DNA of 64,000 bases. It comes from an uncultured archaeon. Its GTDB lineage: Archaea; Thermoplasmatota; Penumbrarchaeia; JASLWR01. A model generated the notes under the pieces. The model saw nothing but the letters and a program-made list of their open reading frames with translations. It ran no database searches and was not told the origin of the DNA. Within the stretch, counting starts at the first letter, position 1; the number at the start of each line of letters is the position of its first letter. Made by a program: the position numbers and the translations under genes. The stretch is taken from assembly GCA_964342815.1 (NCBI GenBank), contig CAYFHS010000009.1, positions 32,001 to 96,000 on the forward strand, read 5' to 3'. Of this stretch, positions 10,053-20,400 are shown piece after piece.

Positions 10053-11054
10053 ATGAAAAGTCTTAAATTGAACAAAGCTTTGAACGATGTAATCTCGGAT
10101 ATTAGATCGATAATTCCAGACGATAAAGATTCTCGATTTCATGCTGACATGTTCACTGCCTTCAAGGAAAACTCGGGGATTTGTAAAATCGGCGCTGTGG
10201 ACGGATCCTCAACAATAGTATTAAGGGGACCTTCGTTCATCGTTGGAACATATAAAAGTGCCTCAATGGTTTTTAGAGGCCACGAACTGGCAGCCACGTC
10301 AATTACACAGCCCATTCCAATCCTCATAAGCAAGCATAATTTAAATGATCTGTACAGCAGTATATTTTCAGATTTTGTTGGAGAACGGCCCGAAAAGAAA
10401 GTAAGAGACCTGGAATTGGCTCTCCAAAGGATCCGTGTTATTGAGGAAATGAAGATGGTCTCGAAGCTCGTGGATGATATGGATAAAGGCAGTATCATAC
10501 TCGTTGATGGATCCCTGCGGTCCACCATTACGCGGTTGGATGCCTTCATGGAAGCAACATTCAAAGGGGCACTTGAGAAGGATTTATCTATTGTGGGAAT
10601 ATCAAAATCAAGTTCACTTTCCCTGGGTAATACAGCCATCGTCCCCCTGGTTCAATACGAAGCAAAAAGGTCAATGGGAAACCGTATGTGGTGCTTTGAC
10701 GTGGGAAAGAGATTCCATGGTGCACTGCACGGGCACCAGAGCCATCTTTTCGGCAGCGTCAATATTGTTAAATTCAATCCATACTCAAATTTCGTGTTTA
10801 GAGCCGACGTCCTTACAAATGAAAAAGATAAAACAAATATATTGAGGAAAATCGCAGCATACTGCCGCGATCCATCCTATCTGGGATATCCATATCCGCT
10901 AGCACTCGTGCATAATAAGGTTACCATTACCAGAGGATGGGCCGAGGATCTGCACAACCGTATGAAAAAAATTGCCCTGGAGAGTGGAATAAAGAGCGAT
11001 CAATGGAGATTTCTATGCCAGGATTTCCATAATGTCCTTGATCAGGGAGTATGA
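10053..11054 (+). CDS. nurA: NurA 5'-3' nuclease
   Basis: Acidic motifs GAVDGSS and ILVDGSL, VGISKSS, LGYPYPLALVH; adjacent to herA. Start chosen at MKSLKL (track ORF begins at 9957). Confidence 0.88.
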   Translation: MKSLKLNKALNDVISDIRSIIPDDKDSRFHADMFTAFKENSGICKIGAVDGSSTIVLRGPSFIVGTYKSASMVFRGHELAATSITQPIPILISKHNLNDLYSSIFSDFVGERPEKKVRDLELALQRIRVIEEMKMVSKLVDDMDKGSIILVDGSLRSTITRLDAFMEATFKGALEKDLSIVGISKSSSLSLGNTAIVPLVQYEAKRSMGNRMWCFDVGKRFHGALHGHQSHLFGSVNIVKFNPYSNFVFRADVLTNEKDKTNILRKIAAYCRDPSYLGYPYPLALVHNKVTITRGWAEDLHNRMKKIALESGIKSDQWRFLCQDFHNVLDQGV

Positions 11055-11183
11055 TGAATGATCCCTTATTACAATTTCAGGAATTAAAAAATATTAAAGC
11101 ATTCAAACAAATATACACCAAGATAGGAATGCAATTATCGAAGGACGCACAATAGAATTACAAATTTAAGAGGTGATAACACC

Positions 11184-12758
11184 ATGACTCAAAATATTGG
11201 GAGGATTATCGGGAATAATGTCCGGGAGATAACTTTCAGGGCCACCTTCGGAACGGAGGTCTTCCTGGGTGAGATACTGGTGGCAAGAGATCCTTCCACA
11301 GGCCGAGAATTCCTTCTCAGGATATTCGATATCAAAATGGGATTCGAAGCGTCGGACATGGATTGGGCTGCAAGAACCGCTGGCAATATGCTGACCCTTG
11401 AGGCAGGTAACATCGATTTCGATCTAAGCGATCAGCAGAGAAGACTCTTTAAACTCGGAATATGCAAGTCCTTGGGTTATGTAGAGGGTGGAATATTCAA
11501 GAAACCCAAGACAATGCCGGCTCATTTCGGGGGAGTTCGAAAAGCTCAGGCGGACGACCTGAAGTTACTTGAGACTTTCATGGGTGACGTTTACGTGGGC
11601 AAACTGAGAAGCGGAGAAAAGCTCGTTGACATACCGGTCGGGGTTCATTCTAGAGATTTTCCCTCACATGTGGGTATATTTGCCACTACGGGTATGGGAA
11701 AATCCAACCTTATGAAGCGCTTGGCAGCGTCAGGTATGGTAAAAGGAACAACAGGATTGCTGATTTTCGATCCACATGGAGAATATTACGACGGGGGCGG
11801 AGAGGGGAGATTGGGATTGAACCAACATCCTGAAGCGCGAGACAGGTTTAAGGTATACTCTACCAGAAAATTGACGGGAGACTACAATCCCATAAAAGTA
11901 AGCTCAAAAGAGATTGAGGTGGATGATCTCCTCCATCTATACGATTTCTCCGGTGCCCAAAAAGACGCACTGGCCTCGGCGAAGAGGGTCTATGGGGACA
12001 ACTGGGTTACCTCCCTTCACGACCTTGAGGTTCAGGAACTGGCCAGAGATCTCGAGAACACCTTTGAGAGCACTCTATGGGTGATCCGAAGAAAATTAAA
12101 GAATTTATTCTCGTATGACCTGCTTCACCGGGACAACAGCATAAGTATAACCGGAGATATTATTTCCTCATTGAAGGAAGGAAAGACCGTGCTGGTTGAT
12201 ACTTCGTGCATGGGTGAATCGGAGGAGCTTCTAATAAGTATTGTGATAGCAAGATCGGTCTTCAAAAGATACAAGGATACTTATGCCAAGACCGAGGACT
12301 TTAAAAATCTCATACCGGTGCTCATTACCATGGAGGAGGCACAGAGGGTACTGGGAGGTATTGCTCATGGGGATAGCAAACGTAGGAATATCTTTTCCAC
12401 AATCGCTCGGGAAGGAAGAAAATTCAAGGTGGGCCTTTGTGCGATCTCCCAGCAACCAAAGCTCATTGACGAGGAAATACTTTCCCAGTTCAACACTCTC
12501 TTTATCCTGGGTCTAGCCGATAGAAAAGACCGGGATATGCTGACATATTCGGCGAAACAGGATATATCTGGTCTCGGGACCGAGATACAGATGCTGATGC
12601 CAGGAGAGGCATTGATCACCTCACCATCCGCTCCCTTCGCTTTGCCCGTCAATATAGATCTCTACGAGGATTACATGAAAAAAATCAGAGGGCGCGGTGA
12701 AAATCTACTGGACCGTGAAGTAGAGCGCGGCAGCGCAATGCTCGACAGTTTCTTCTGA
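11184..12758 (+). CDS. herA: HerA ATPase/DNA translocase
   Basis: N-terminal HAS-barrel-like region; Walker A GIFATTGMGKSN; FDPHGEY; Walker B ITMEEAQR; REGRKFKVGLCAISQQP. RBS GAGGTGA upstream. Confidence 0.93.
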   Translation: MTQNIGRIIGNNVREITFRATFGTEVFLGEILVARDPSTGREFLLRIFDIKMGFEASDMDWAARTAGNMLTLEAGNIDFDLSDQQRRLFKLGICKSLGYVEGGIFKKPKTMPAHFGGVRKAQADDLKLLETFMGDVYVGKLRSGEKLVDIPVGVHSRDFPSHVGIFATTGMGKSNLMKRLAASGMVKGTTGLLIFDPHGEYYDGGGEGRLGLNQHPEARDRFKVYSTRKLTGDYNPIKVSSKEIEVDDLLHLYDFSGAQKDALASAKRVYGDNWVTSLHDLEVQELARDLENTFESTLWVIRRKLKNLFSYDLLHRDNSISITGDIISSLKEGKTVLVDTSCMGESEELLISIVIARSVFKRYKDTYAKTEDFKNLIPVLITMEEAQRVLGGIAHGDSKRRNIFSTIAREGRKFKVGLCAISQQPKLIDEEILSQFNTLFILGLADRKDRDMLTYSAKQDISGLGTEIQMLMPGEALITSPSAPFALPVNIDLYEDYMKKIRGRGENLLDREVERGSAMLDSFF

Positions 12759-12848
12759 ATACGGATTGACTATATGCCGTAAAGACTAAGGTTTAATTTT
12801 ATTTATCAGGAAAGTATTTCAGTATATTGATCTCTGGAGTGCTTCGAG

Positions 12849-15800
12849 ATGCAACGACGATACAAGATATGTTTTGCTGTAGCCGTAATACTATTTTTCA
12901 TTGTCGGACCAGCCAACAACACCCTTTCCTCACTGACACAGCCGCAAGGACACATATCAAATGATCACAACCCAGATGATGGGAGAACCGCACCCATTCA
13001 ATTATTCTCTGGCAGTATCCATAAGGACAATACCCAAAAAAATAAACATGATACCCGGAGCGTAGTAAAGGAAAATACTAGAGAAGAACTTCCGAAAATT
13101 GGTAGCATAAATCGAACACTGGAAATTGCACCCGGCCAGAGATACTACGCATACCTTGACTTTGATGTGGGTGCCCTTGTGGAGAAACACATTCCCGATA
13201 ATACGATTTCGCTCCCCGAGTCTGTTAAAATTGCTTTGGCTGCGGTACCCGAATGGCTCCGTGAGGATCTGGAATATACTTTCACCACCCTTTCCTCATC
13301 TGATTCCACTACTTATGCCCAGGAAATAATAAATGCCGCAGATCCCCGCTATGTCGACGAGATCGCCTTTTGCATAGCTCATTCACACAGAGGGCTACTC
13401 GAAAGGCTGATCGAGACAAACGAAACGGAACTATTTGCGAAAAATGCAGAGGATATATACACAATGAGCGGAAGGGGTCTCAACTATTCAGAACTTGTTG
13501 AAAAGACCGATCATACTACCATTATCTACAAGAGTGGTTTTGGCGGCAGCCAGGAACTAGAAAAGGACATGTATTATTGGTACGTGGTTTATCCCCGAAC
13601 CCATATTGAATTACCCCATTTTGTGGATGTCGAAGGTACACCGCGTTTCTGGCGTTCATATTTTCCAGATAATACCGATCATGGAACTTCCCTTTTTGAT
13701 ACGGTAAAGAATGCTGCTTCCATATATAATGCAGTACAGCTGCTCGGGAACTGGTCAATTAACTTTATGGAGTTCGCTAACGGCTGGAACTGGATACAAC
13801 CCATGGAAATATGGCGCAATCCCACACAATGCTCTAGTGGCCAATATACAATTCTCACGGGAGCTCTTGCGAAAACAATGTTGATTCCCACTACTGGTCT
13901 GGGCACCTTTTCCGAAGATCACACATGGAATGAATTCTATGACACGAAATGGATAAACTGGGATACCGGTTTCGGCGACATGGATGCCAATGAGATAAAT
14001 ATTATTGACAGCCCGGGGACCTACGATCCGGATCCACCCAACGGGCATGGCGGCCCTGGCGGGTCTCTCGGAAAGCAGGTGTCCACCGTTAACGTGATCC
14101 GTGGGGATGATGGTATTTATCAGAGCCTTCAGTATACTCCCTACGGGACGCTCAACGTACTGGTTACTGATAAAAATGATGAAGCTGTGGACGGTGCAAA
14201 AATTCTAATATCTCCTTCAAGTCAGGGGACAGATAATCCGGATAGAGGGACGTGCATTTGGGGATATACCGATTCACTGGGTACGGCAGTGTTCAAGGTT
14301 GGCAACAAACTGGATTACTTTATAAAATCGATTCATCCTGTTCTTGGGACCTTTCCGGAGGAGGAAGATCAGCTTGCCAAAGCCGCAATCAACGTACGGA
14401 GTGGTAATACCTATGAATACTCAATCAAGTATTCAGACAGCGGTGAGTCAGGCCTAAACGTCACGGAAAAGAACTCACATGGATCCGGGACAGTAAAAAT
14501 AGCTTCTTCATTCATGGTAGAAAGTGAGCGGCAGTGGGGAGTGAATGAAGAGACGAAGACATATGGCCTTGGAATCCAGTATCCATTCGATACTGAAGGA
14601 AAATCCATCACATCTTTCATCTGTGATTCAGAAAACTTCGACAGTTATCTATCGGGGGATCATTTCGAAGCTTATGAGCTTATTTCGCGCAAAGATCAAA
14701 AAGATATTATATTCGAATCGGACCAGCAGAGTGATTGGTATCTGGTCCTCTCCAATGAATATTCCTATGTCACCACAAAAACAGTAAACGTATCAATTGA
14801 TATTTATTTCAAGGCCAGGCCTGTGGTGGATATATTAAGCCCGCAAAGCGGCAGCCTTCTTGCAGCCGAAAACTCCTTTCCAGTGAGCGGGACCGTGTTC
14901 ACTCCGAATTCATTAACCTCAATTAGCTATCGCATAGATCATGGAGAATGGCAGGATATCATGGAAATGTACAATGAAGCTTTGGGTGTATTCTCATTTT
15001 ACTGGTCACCTTCCTCATTAGATGCCGGGGAGCATACATTAGAAGTGAAGATCGAGGACTCCGTCTCCGATGTGGATACCGACATTTGTTCGTTTTTTAT
15101 CGACGCAGCTCCACCTTTGGTTGAAATATCCAAACCTAAGAACGGTTCTTTTCTTCGGGAAGGTGAGAAAATTGAACTATCGGGAAATCTAACCGACGAC
15201 ATTGGTCCTGTGTCGTTGTTTCTTGACATAGGTTCCACGGTAGCGGGTGGGCAAGTTATTATTACTGGGGAAGATATAACCAATACAGTTTCGGACGACT
15301 TATTTACTTATTATTTTTTTACAGATGAACTGCAAATGGGGGAATATCTCATTGAGTTGAGAGCGGTGGACAAGGTAGGGCATGAAAGCTTCGAGAAGTA
15401 TTTTTTCTACATTGATGTTGAAGAACCAGTAATCACAATAATCGAACCCGGAGTAAGAGAGATAGTTGGGGGACCGACTCCATTGCAGATATCGGGTACT
15501 GCCTCGGATGACATAGGATTTGCTTCCCTTGAACTGGAGACCAGTTCAGGATTTAGAGCAGACCTGCTCCCAACCCTAAATGGAACAAACTGGAAATATG
15601 ACTGGAATACAAGCGGACTTGAATCGGAAAAATATTCAATCAGTGTTTCAGGAATCGACGGGATTGGAAGATGGGTGAAGGTCTCTGTAATAGTTGAGGT
15701 TGACAACGATTTACCTGAAATAAAGATCGACTCCGATTACGAACAGATCATCATGGGAGGGAATAAAATCGATTTTACAGGTTCCACAGTAGATGAAAAC

Positions 15801-17387
15801 GAATTGGAGAAAATTGAGGCAGTCATTATCATCTCAACCGAGTCCCAGAGCATCGATGATCTTAACCTTGGAAGCAATGATACAGAATGGATAGATATTT
15901 CCGATAGCGGCTCAGGGAGCGATTGGCTGTTTCATTGGGATACTGCCGACACGGCCACGGGTAATTATATTGTAGCATTCAGAGCGTTTGACGAAGTTGG
16001 AAATTCAGCCGTTGTCACCATAGAGGTTTTCGTTGATGCCACGGATCCCATATTGGATTGCAATATGATATCGGTGGGTGAACTACCAGTTGTAACCGGA
16101 GCGGTGATCATCAACGGCACGGCTTTGGATAACCACAAGATCACCTCTCTTGATCTGTCTTGGAAAAGTAACGACTGGAATTCACTTCTCGCAAAATATG
16201 ATGGATTTAACTGGACGTATATCTGGGAAACCGCGTCACTGGATTCCGGTGGTTACGAGATTGTGATAAGGGCGGAAGACTATGCTGGAAGAACGAGCTT
16301 CTTATATATTGGAATTATCGTGGATAACGATCCACCTGAGATAACGATCAATTCGAATTCTAAAAATACCGCACTTAAGAAAGGAGAAGCTCTGATACTC
16401 ACAGGTAAAGCGCTGGATGATAACGGACTATCATTGGTCACTATTAGGATCGACAATGGTGGGTGGTCCACGGCGTACTTAAACAACGGCACGGGCGAAT
16501 GGGAGTTCAGGTATAGTACGGGAGAGATGATTGGAGGACCGCACACTGCCACGATTAAGGTGGAGGACATAGTGGGTCTGGAAAGCACCAAAACCATCCG
16601 ATTCACAATCGACGAGCAGGAAAACGTGGGAAATATTATGCGGATCGGAGGAATTAAATGGTATTTCGCGGTAGCGGCCATGGCGATCATATTATTTACG
16701 TTACTTTTCATACTGTTCTTCTTCGTGGTAAAAAGACGTAGAAAAAATACTGGGAAGAGCGAGGTAGATTATTTCTGCGCCCTTCCCAAGGAACCCGAGA
16801 AAACTGAAAATTCTGGAATGGACCTTTTTCTGCCACCACTGGATGATTCGCTTGAGGATTTACCACCCGTGGCCATCGGATCAATCGAGGAACAACCGAC
16901 CCTGAGTCTCAAAGGACTCAAAGAGCCATCGGTGGACGCGGGTCCAGTTTGTACCAAATGCGGAGAAACCGCTGAATACCTACTTGAATATGACTGTTTT
17001 TGGTGCAGGGGATGCAATGATTATGTCACGGAGGATGGTTCTGACGGTCCCGATGAGAAACCAAAAATCGATCTGCAGGTCAAGTTACCCGTACATTACA
17101 GGAAGAAAGGAACGGTGGGCGAGAAGAGTAGCAATATCGAACTCCGAAAAGATGACGATAATGGGATCGAGCCCGAACCTTCACCTACCAATAAAAAATC
17201 ATCTGACGGGAATGTAATACAAAAGTCTCTACCATTGCCGGATCAACCAATCCCTGTTACCCTGATGCTTCCAAAACTGCCTTCGATCGGAGAAATGATG
17301 GTGCAAGCAAAAGCCGATACCGATGATCTTAAAGTAACAGAAAGTCCCCGCAGGATCTCCCGAAAAAAGCTAATTAAAAAACTATAA
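12849..17387 (+). CDS. Large surface transglutaminase-like protein (paralog A) with Ig-like repeats, TM anchor and cytoplasmic Zn ribbon
   Basis: Signal peptide; core TQCSSGQ...LIP...EDHTWNEFYDTKWINWD; about 6 Ig-like PxxxIxxP repeats; TM helix plus KRRRK; tail CTKC...CFWCRGC. Alignable along most of its length with 31640..36151. Confidence 0.85.
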   Translation: MQRRYKICFAVAVILFFIVGPANNTLSSLTQPQGHISNDHNPDDGRTAPIQLFSGSIHKDNTQKNKHDTRSVVKENTREELPKIGSINRTLEIAPGQRYYAYLDFDVGALVEKHIPDNTISLPESVKIALAAVPEWLREDLEYTFTTLSSSDSTTYAQEIINAADPRYVDEIAFCIAHSHRGLLERLIETNETELFAKNAEDIYTMSGRGLNYSELVEKTDHTTIIYKSGFGGSQELEKDMYYWYVVYPRTHIELPHFVDVEGTPRFWRSYFPDNTDHGTSLFDTVKNAASIYNAVQLLGNWSINFMEFANGWNWIQPMEIWRNPTQCSSGQYTILTGALAKTMLIPTTGLGTFSEDHTWNEFYDTKWINWDTGFGDMDANEINIIDSPGTYDPDPPNGHGGPGGSLGKQVSTVNVIRGDDGIYQSLQYTPYGTLNVLVTDKNDEAVDGAKILISPSSQGTDNPDRGTCIWGYTDSLGTAVFKVGNKLDYFIKSIHPVLGTFPEEEDQLAKAAINVRSGNTYEYSIKYSDSGESGLNVTEKNSHGSGTVKIASSFMVESERQWGVNEETKTYGLGIQYPFDTEGKSITSFICDSENFDSYLSGDHFEAYELISRKDQKDIIFESDQQSDWYLVLSNEYSYVTTKTVNVSIDIYFKARPVVDILSPQSGSLLAAENSFPVSGTVFTPNSLTSISYRIDHGEWQDIMEMYNEALGVFSFYWSPSSLDAGEHTLEVKIEDSVSDVDTDICSFFIDAAPPLVEISKPKNGSFLREGEKIELSGNLTDDIGPVSLFLDIGSTVAGGQVIITGEDITNTVSDDLFTYYFFTDELQMGEYLIELRAVDKVGHESFEKYFFYIDVEEPVITIIEPGVREIVGGPTPLQISGTASDDIGFASLELETSSGFRADLLPTLNGTNWKYDWNTSGLESEKYSISVSGIDGIGRWVKVSVIVEVDNDLPEIKIDSDYEQIIMGGNKIDFTGSTVDENELEKIEAVIIISTESQSIDDLNLGSNDTEWIDISDSGSGSDWLFHWDTADTATGNYIVAFRAFDEVGNSAVVTIEVFVDATDPILDCNMISVGELPVVTGAVIINGTALDNHKITSLDLSWKSNDWNSLLAKYDGFNWTYIWETASLDSGGYEIVIRAEDYAGRTSFLYIGIIVDNDPPEITINSNSKNTALKKGEALILTGKALDDNGLSLVTIRIDNGGWSTAYLNNGTGEWEFRYSTGEMIGGPHTATIKVEDIVGLESTKTIRFTIDEQENVGNIMRIGGIKWYFAVAAMAIILFTLLFILFFFVVKRRRKNTGKSEVDYFCALPKEPEKTENSGMDLFLPPLDDSLEDLPPVAIGSIEEQPTLSLKGLKEPSVDAGPVCTKCGETAEYLLEYDCFWCRGCNDYVTEDGSDGPDEKPKIDLQVKLPVHYRKKGTVGEKSSNIELRKDDDNGIEPEPSPTNKKSSDGNVIQKSLPLPDQPIPVTLMLPKLPSIGEMMVQAKADTDDLKVTESPRRISRKKLIKKL

Positions 17388-17427
17388 AATAATAATAATA
17401 ATATATGACCAGCCCGGAGGTATCAAC

Positions 17428-20400
17428 GTGAGACGAGAATTCAGCCGCGACCGAAACGGAAGGATACCCTTCGCCTACGTTGCCATTGTGATCATGCTCC
17501 TGTCGGTAGGGGTAAGCTCCTTCATGCTGGGTCAGGATGAGGAATACAGTAAAGAGAAAACCAAAGAGTCTTCAAAGGTCACTTTCGGTTATCAGGATCT
17601 TTCTTCGCTAGATCTGGAAACGAAGGTATACTACATAATGCATGAAGTTCTGGGCGAAAGAATGACCGTCCCACTCGACAACGACACGAAAGAACTGGAT
17701 CTCATTGACGAGATGGTTAGAGATAGACTGAGCGATCTGATCTCGGAGGAATATCCCCGAACCGAAGGAATTTTCAATATTCATATTTTAGAATGGGATA
17801 TAAACGTCCTTCTCGATGAGATGAACACCTCCGCTCTCTTGAAGGAGACGAAATCGATAAAATGCGGAAGAACATACGTAATGGACAACAGTACTATCTC
17901 GGAATTGGAGACCGCTGCCCCGCCATTCGTTCAAGCCACATCGAAAGCAGTCTATTTCCGTCTGGTAGGCCACGCAAAATACAGAATACATAACATGGAT
18001 GAGGATATAACAATAGAGAAGTATTCCACCTTTAACAAGAACGTTTACTCACCCTTGCCTCTTATGAAGAACCTTGCTTTGAGATTCCAGAGCGATAGTT
18101 CTGGAGAATTCAGCTCCGTGGGCAGGATGATACGGTACATGATAACGACCCTGGCCCAGTACCGAGTATTATGCGGATATGCCGGGGGCGGATACGGTGG
18201 GCCTAATAATGGAAAAGAAATAACAGATGTGATCACGAAAAAGGACGTTGAGATCGCTGTAAACCTGGCACTATTGCTTACACAGGCGCGCTATTATAGA
18301 GATTTCGATAGGGAAACCGCAAGAGGACAGACTGCCAGTAATGATCCGGGCCGAGATATAGAAAAATTAATGGACAATTATGTTAACAACGGCTCAGTCG
18401 ATCCAGCGGATCTCATCGCTTTGTACACCGATCTCGAAAACCTAACGTTGGATCCGGGAAGAATATTTGCCCAATCCATATTTTCCTTTGCTGACCGGTT
18501 CGTGTGGGAACTGCTCGAGCTTTTCTGGGGTGAGGAATGGGATCCTGAAGGGGATGAGAATTGGGACAACGAGAAGTATTTCGACCCCACTCTCGACGAG
18601 CCAATAGTAGACTGGGAGGAAATCGAGGGGAAAAGCGATACGGAAAATTGGTGCAAGGATCGTTTGATGAAGTGGCTTGAGGTGTTCGGGAAATGGCTCG
18701 GTATCACGGAAACGGGGGATGAGAACGGGGAAATAGTGAAGATCGAGACACAACAGGAGGAGAGCGTCGTCATCAAGGACATATACGCGAGATATCGGCA
18801 TCCGCCCAATGCAGGAGACGTGGCAGGTACTCCCTCAGGGGCAGATCTCTGCAATGTTGCTATACCGCCCCCCGGTTATGGAGTACCGGATTATTATGTA
18901 ATGGGAACCGATGCCTATCATGTGGACGGTAGGTATTATCTTTTCGGTGACGCTACGGATAGCACATCGTCGAATAAGAGATGGTACGTCCGCTCTTACG
19001 TGAGACCAGAAGAATCGAGCCCAGGAGATACTACCGATGCAAGGCATCTCATTCTCGGCGAATCCCCAGGAGTTGGTGGGGATGAAGGACGGCCATATAC
19101 CTACAAGATGATATGCAGGGATGATTGGGGGAGCGGAGTTCCGGAGAAGACATATGAATACTATCTTGTGAAAGAGAGCCTCTTGGAGAAACACAAGGAC
19201 TACACCGAAGCGGGTCTATCCTATTACAACACTCTGAGATTTATCGTGGACGCATTGACCCGGAGCATGAAACAACAACCTTCAAACATAAATAACTTCA
19301 ATTCAAAGGGAATGACAGACTATGCTGCATACGTTACGGAAGTCCATTTTGAAGAAAGAGAAACCGATCTCTCGATAGATCCTAAGGATAGGAGATCGAT
19401 CCTCAGCGATGATCTCACCGACATCGTGCGCAAAGACGGAGGAGCTATCAGTGATGCCCTGGTGGATTTTGAAGATTTTGCGTCCCAAGAGAAAGAAAAT
19501 TGGTTCCGACAGGGGGCTTACCTGAATGATTCGGAGAATCCGGATGATTCGGGGGAATATTTCCTTTACGAATTGATCAGTGAGACCGTGGATCTCTGGT
19601 ATGAGATGCTGGTCAATCTCTATGACGGAGGATACCGTGAATTTGACGAGAACGGAGATTCCTCCTATGGCCCACAGGACGGACCTAATCATTGGAACAA
19701 CTACGAGCAAAATCCAAATTCCCAGTTGCCCGAGGAGCGGTTTCAAACGTCCTCTCATGAAACCGAATCCGGAAGTGACAAGCCCGCCGGAAGTTTCAAG
19801 TTTCGTAATGACGCTCTGAGGGACTGTTATTACAGGGTAATGGAGATAGTGAGGACAAGGGACGATGCCGTGGAGTTCTCCTTTTCGAACTGGGAGGATC
19901 TCGGGAGCAGTCATTGGATATGGACGGTAAAAGGGTCATGCGGTCAGGCAGGCATTCTATACGGTTGGATGCCTTCTGGCACTGGAATCGTGGCAGTACC
20001 TATACAGGACCAGCAGATGATTCCCAGGGAATCCTACGACGGAAGCGGCTCTGTGGAAGATCTCACACCGTCTGACGAACCCTGGAAAAATTCCTTACAA
20101 ACCTACGCCGAACCGATATGGGATATACTCAAAAACGGTAATAGCGGTCAAACGAATCTGGCCAATAATGACTTTGGTGAAGGTATCGCAGTTGCAGTCG
20201 GAAACATCGTAGGATGGAGCAGTTGGCCCGAAACGACCAACGAAGGACTTCTTGATGACGTTAAAGCGGAATTAATCGAGGGAAGCGGCGGTCAGGGGGG
20301 TCTTGACCAGTTGACAGATGAGGGAACATACGGTTCATCGGGAAACTCGTATGACTTCAACAGTGACTTCTACGATTTCGTAAAGAGAAATGTCGGTAGA

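Noticed and set aside
10053-12758. HerA-based anti-phage system (Sir2-HerA, DUF4297-HerA)
   Set aside because: The partner is a typical NurA, with no sirtuin or other effector; the surroundings are not a defence island.
19303-19914. Long antisense or alternate-frame ORFs (also 7612..8154, 38279..38893, 40930..41490, 29872..30369)
   Set aside because: Shadows of well-supported genes on the opposite strand; atypical composition and no motifs.
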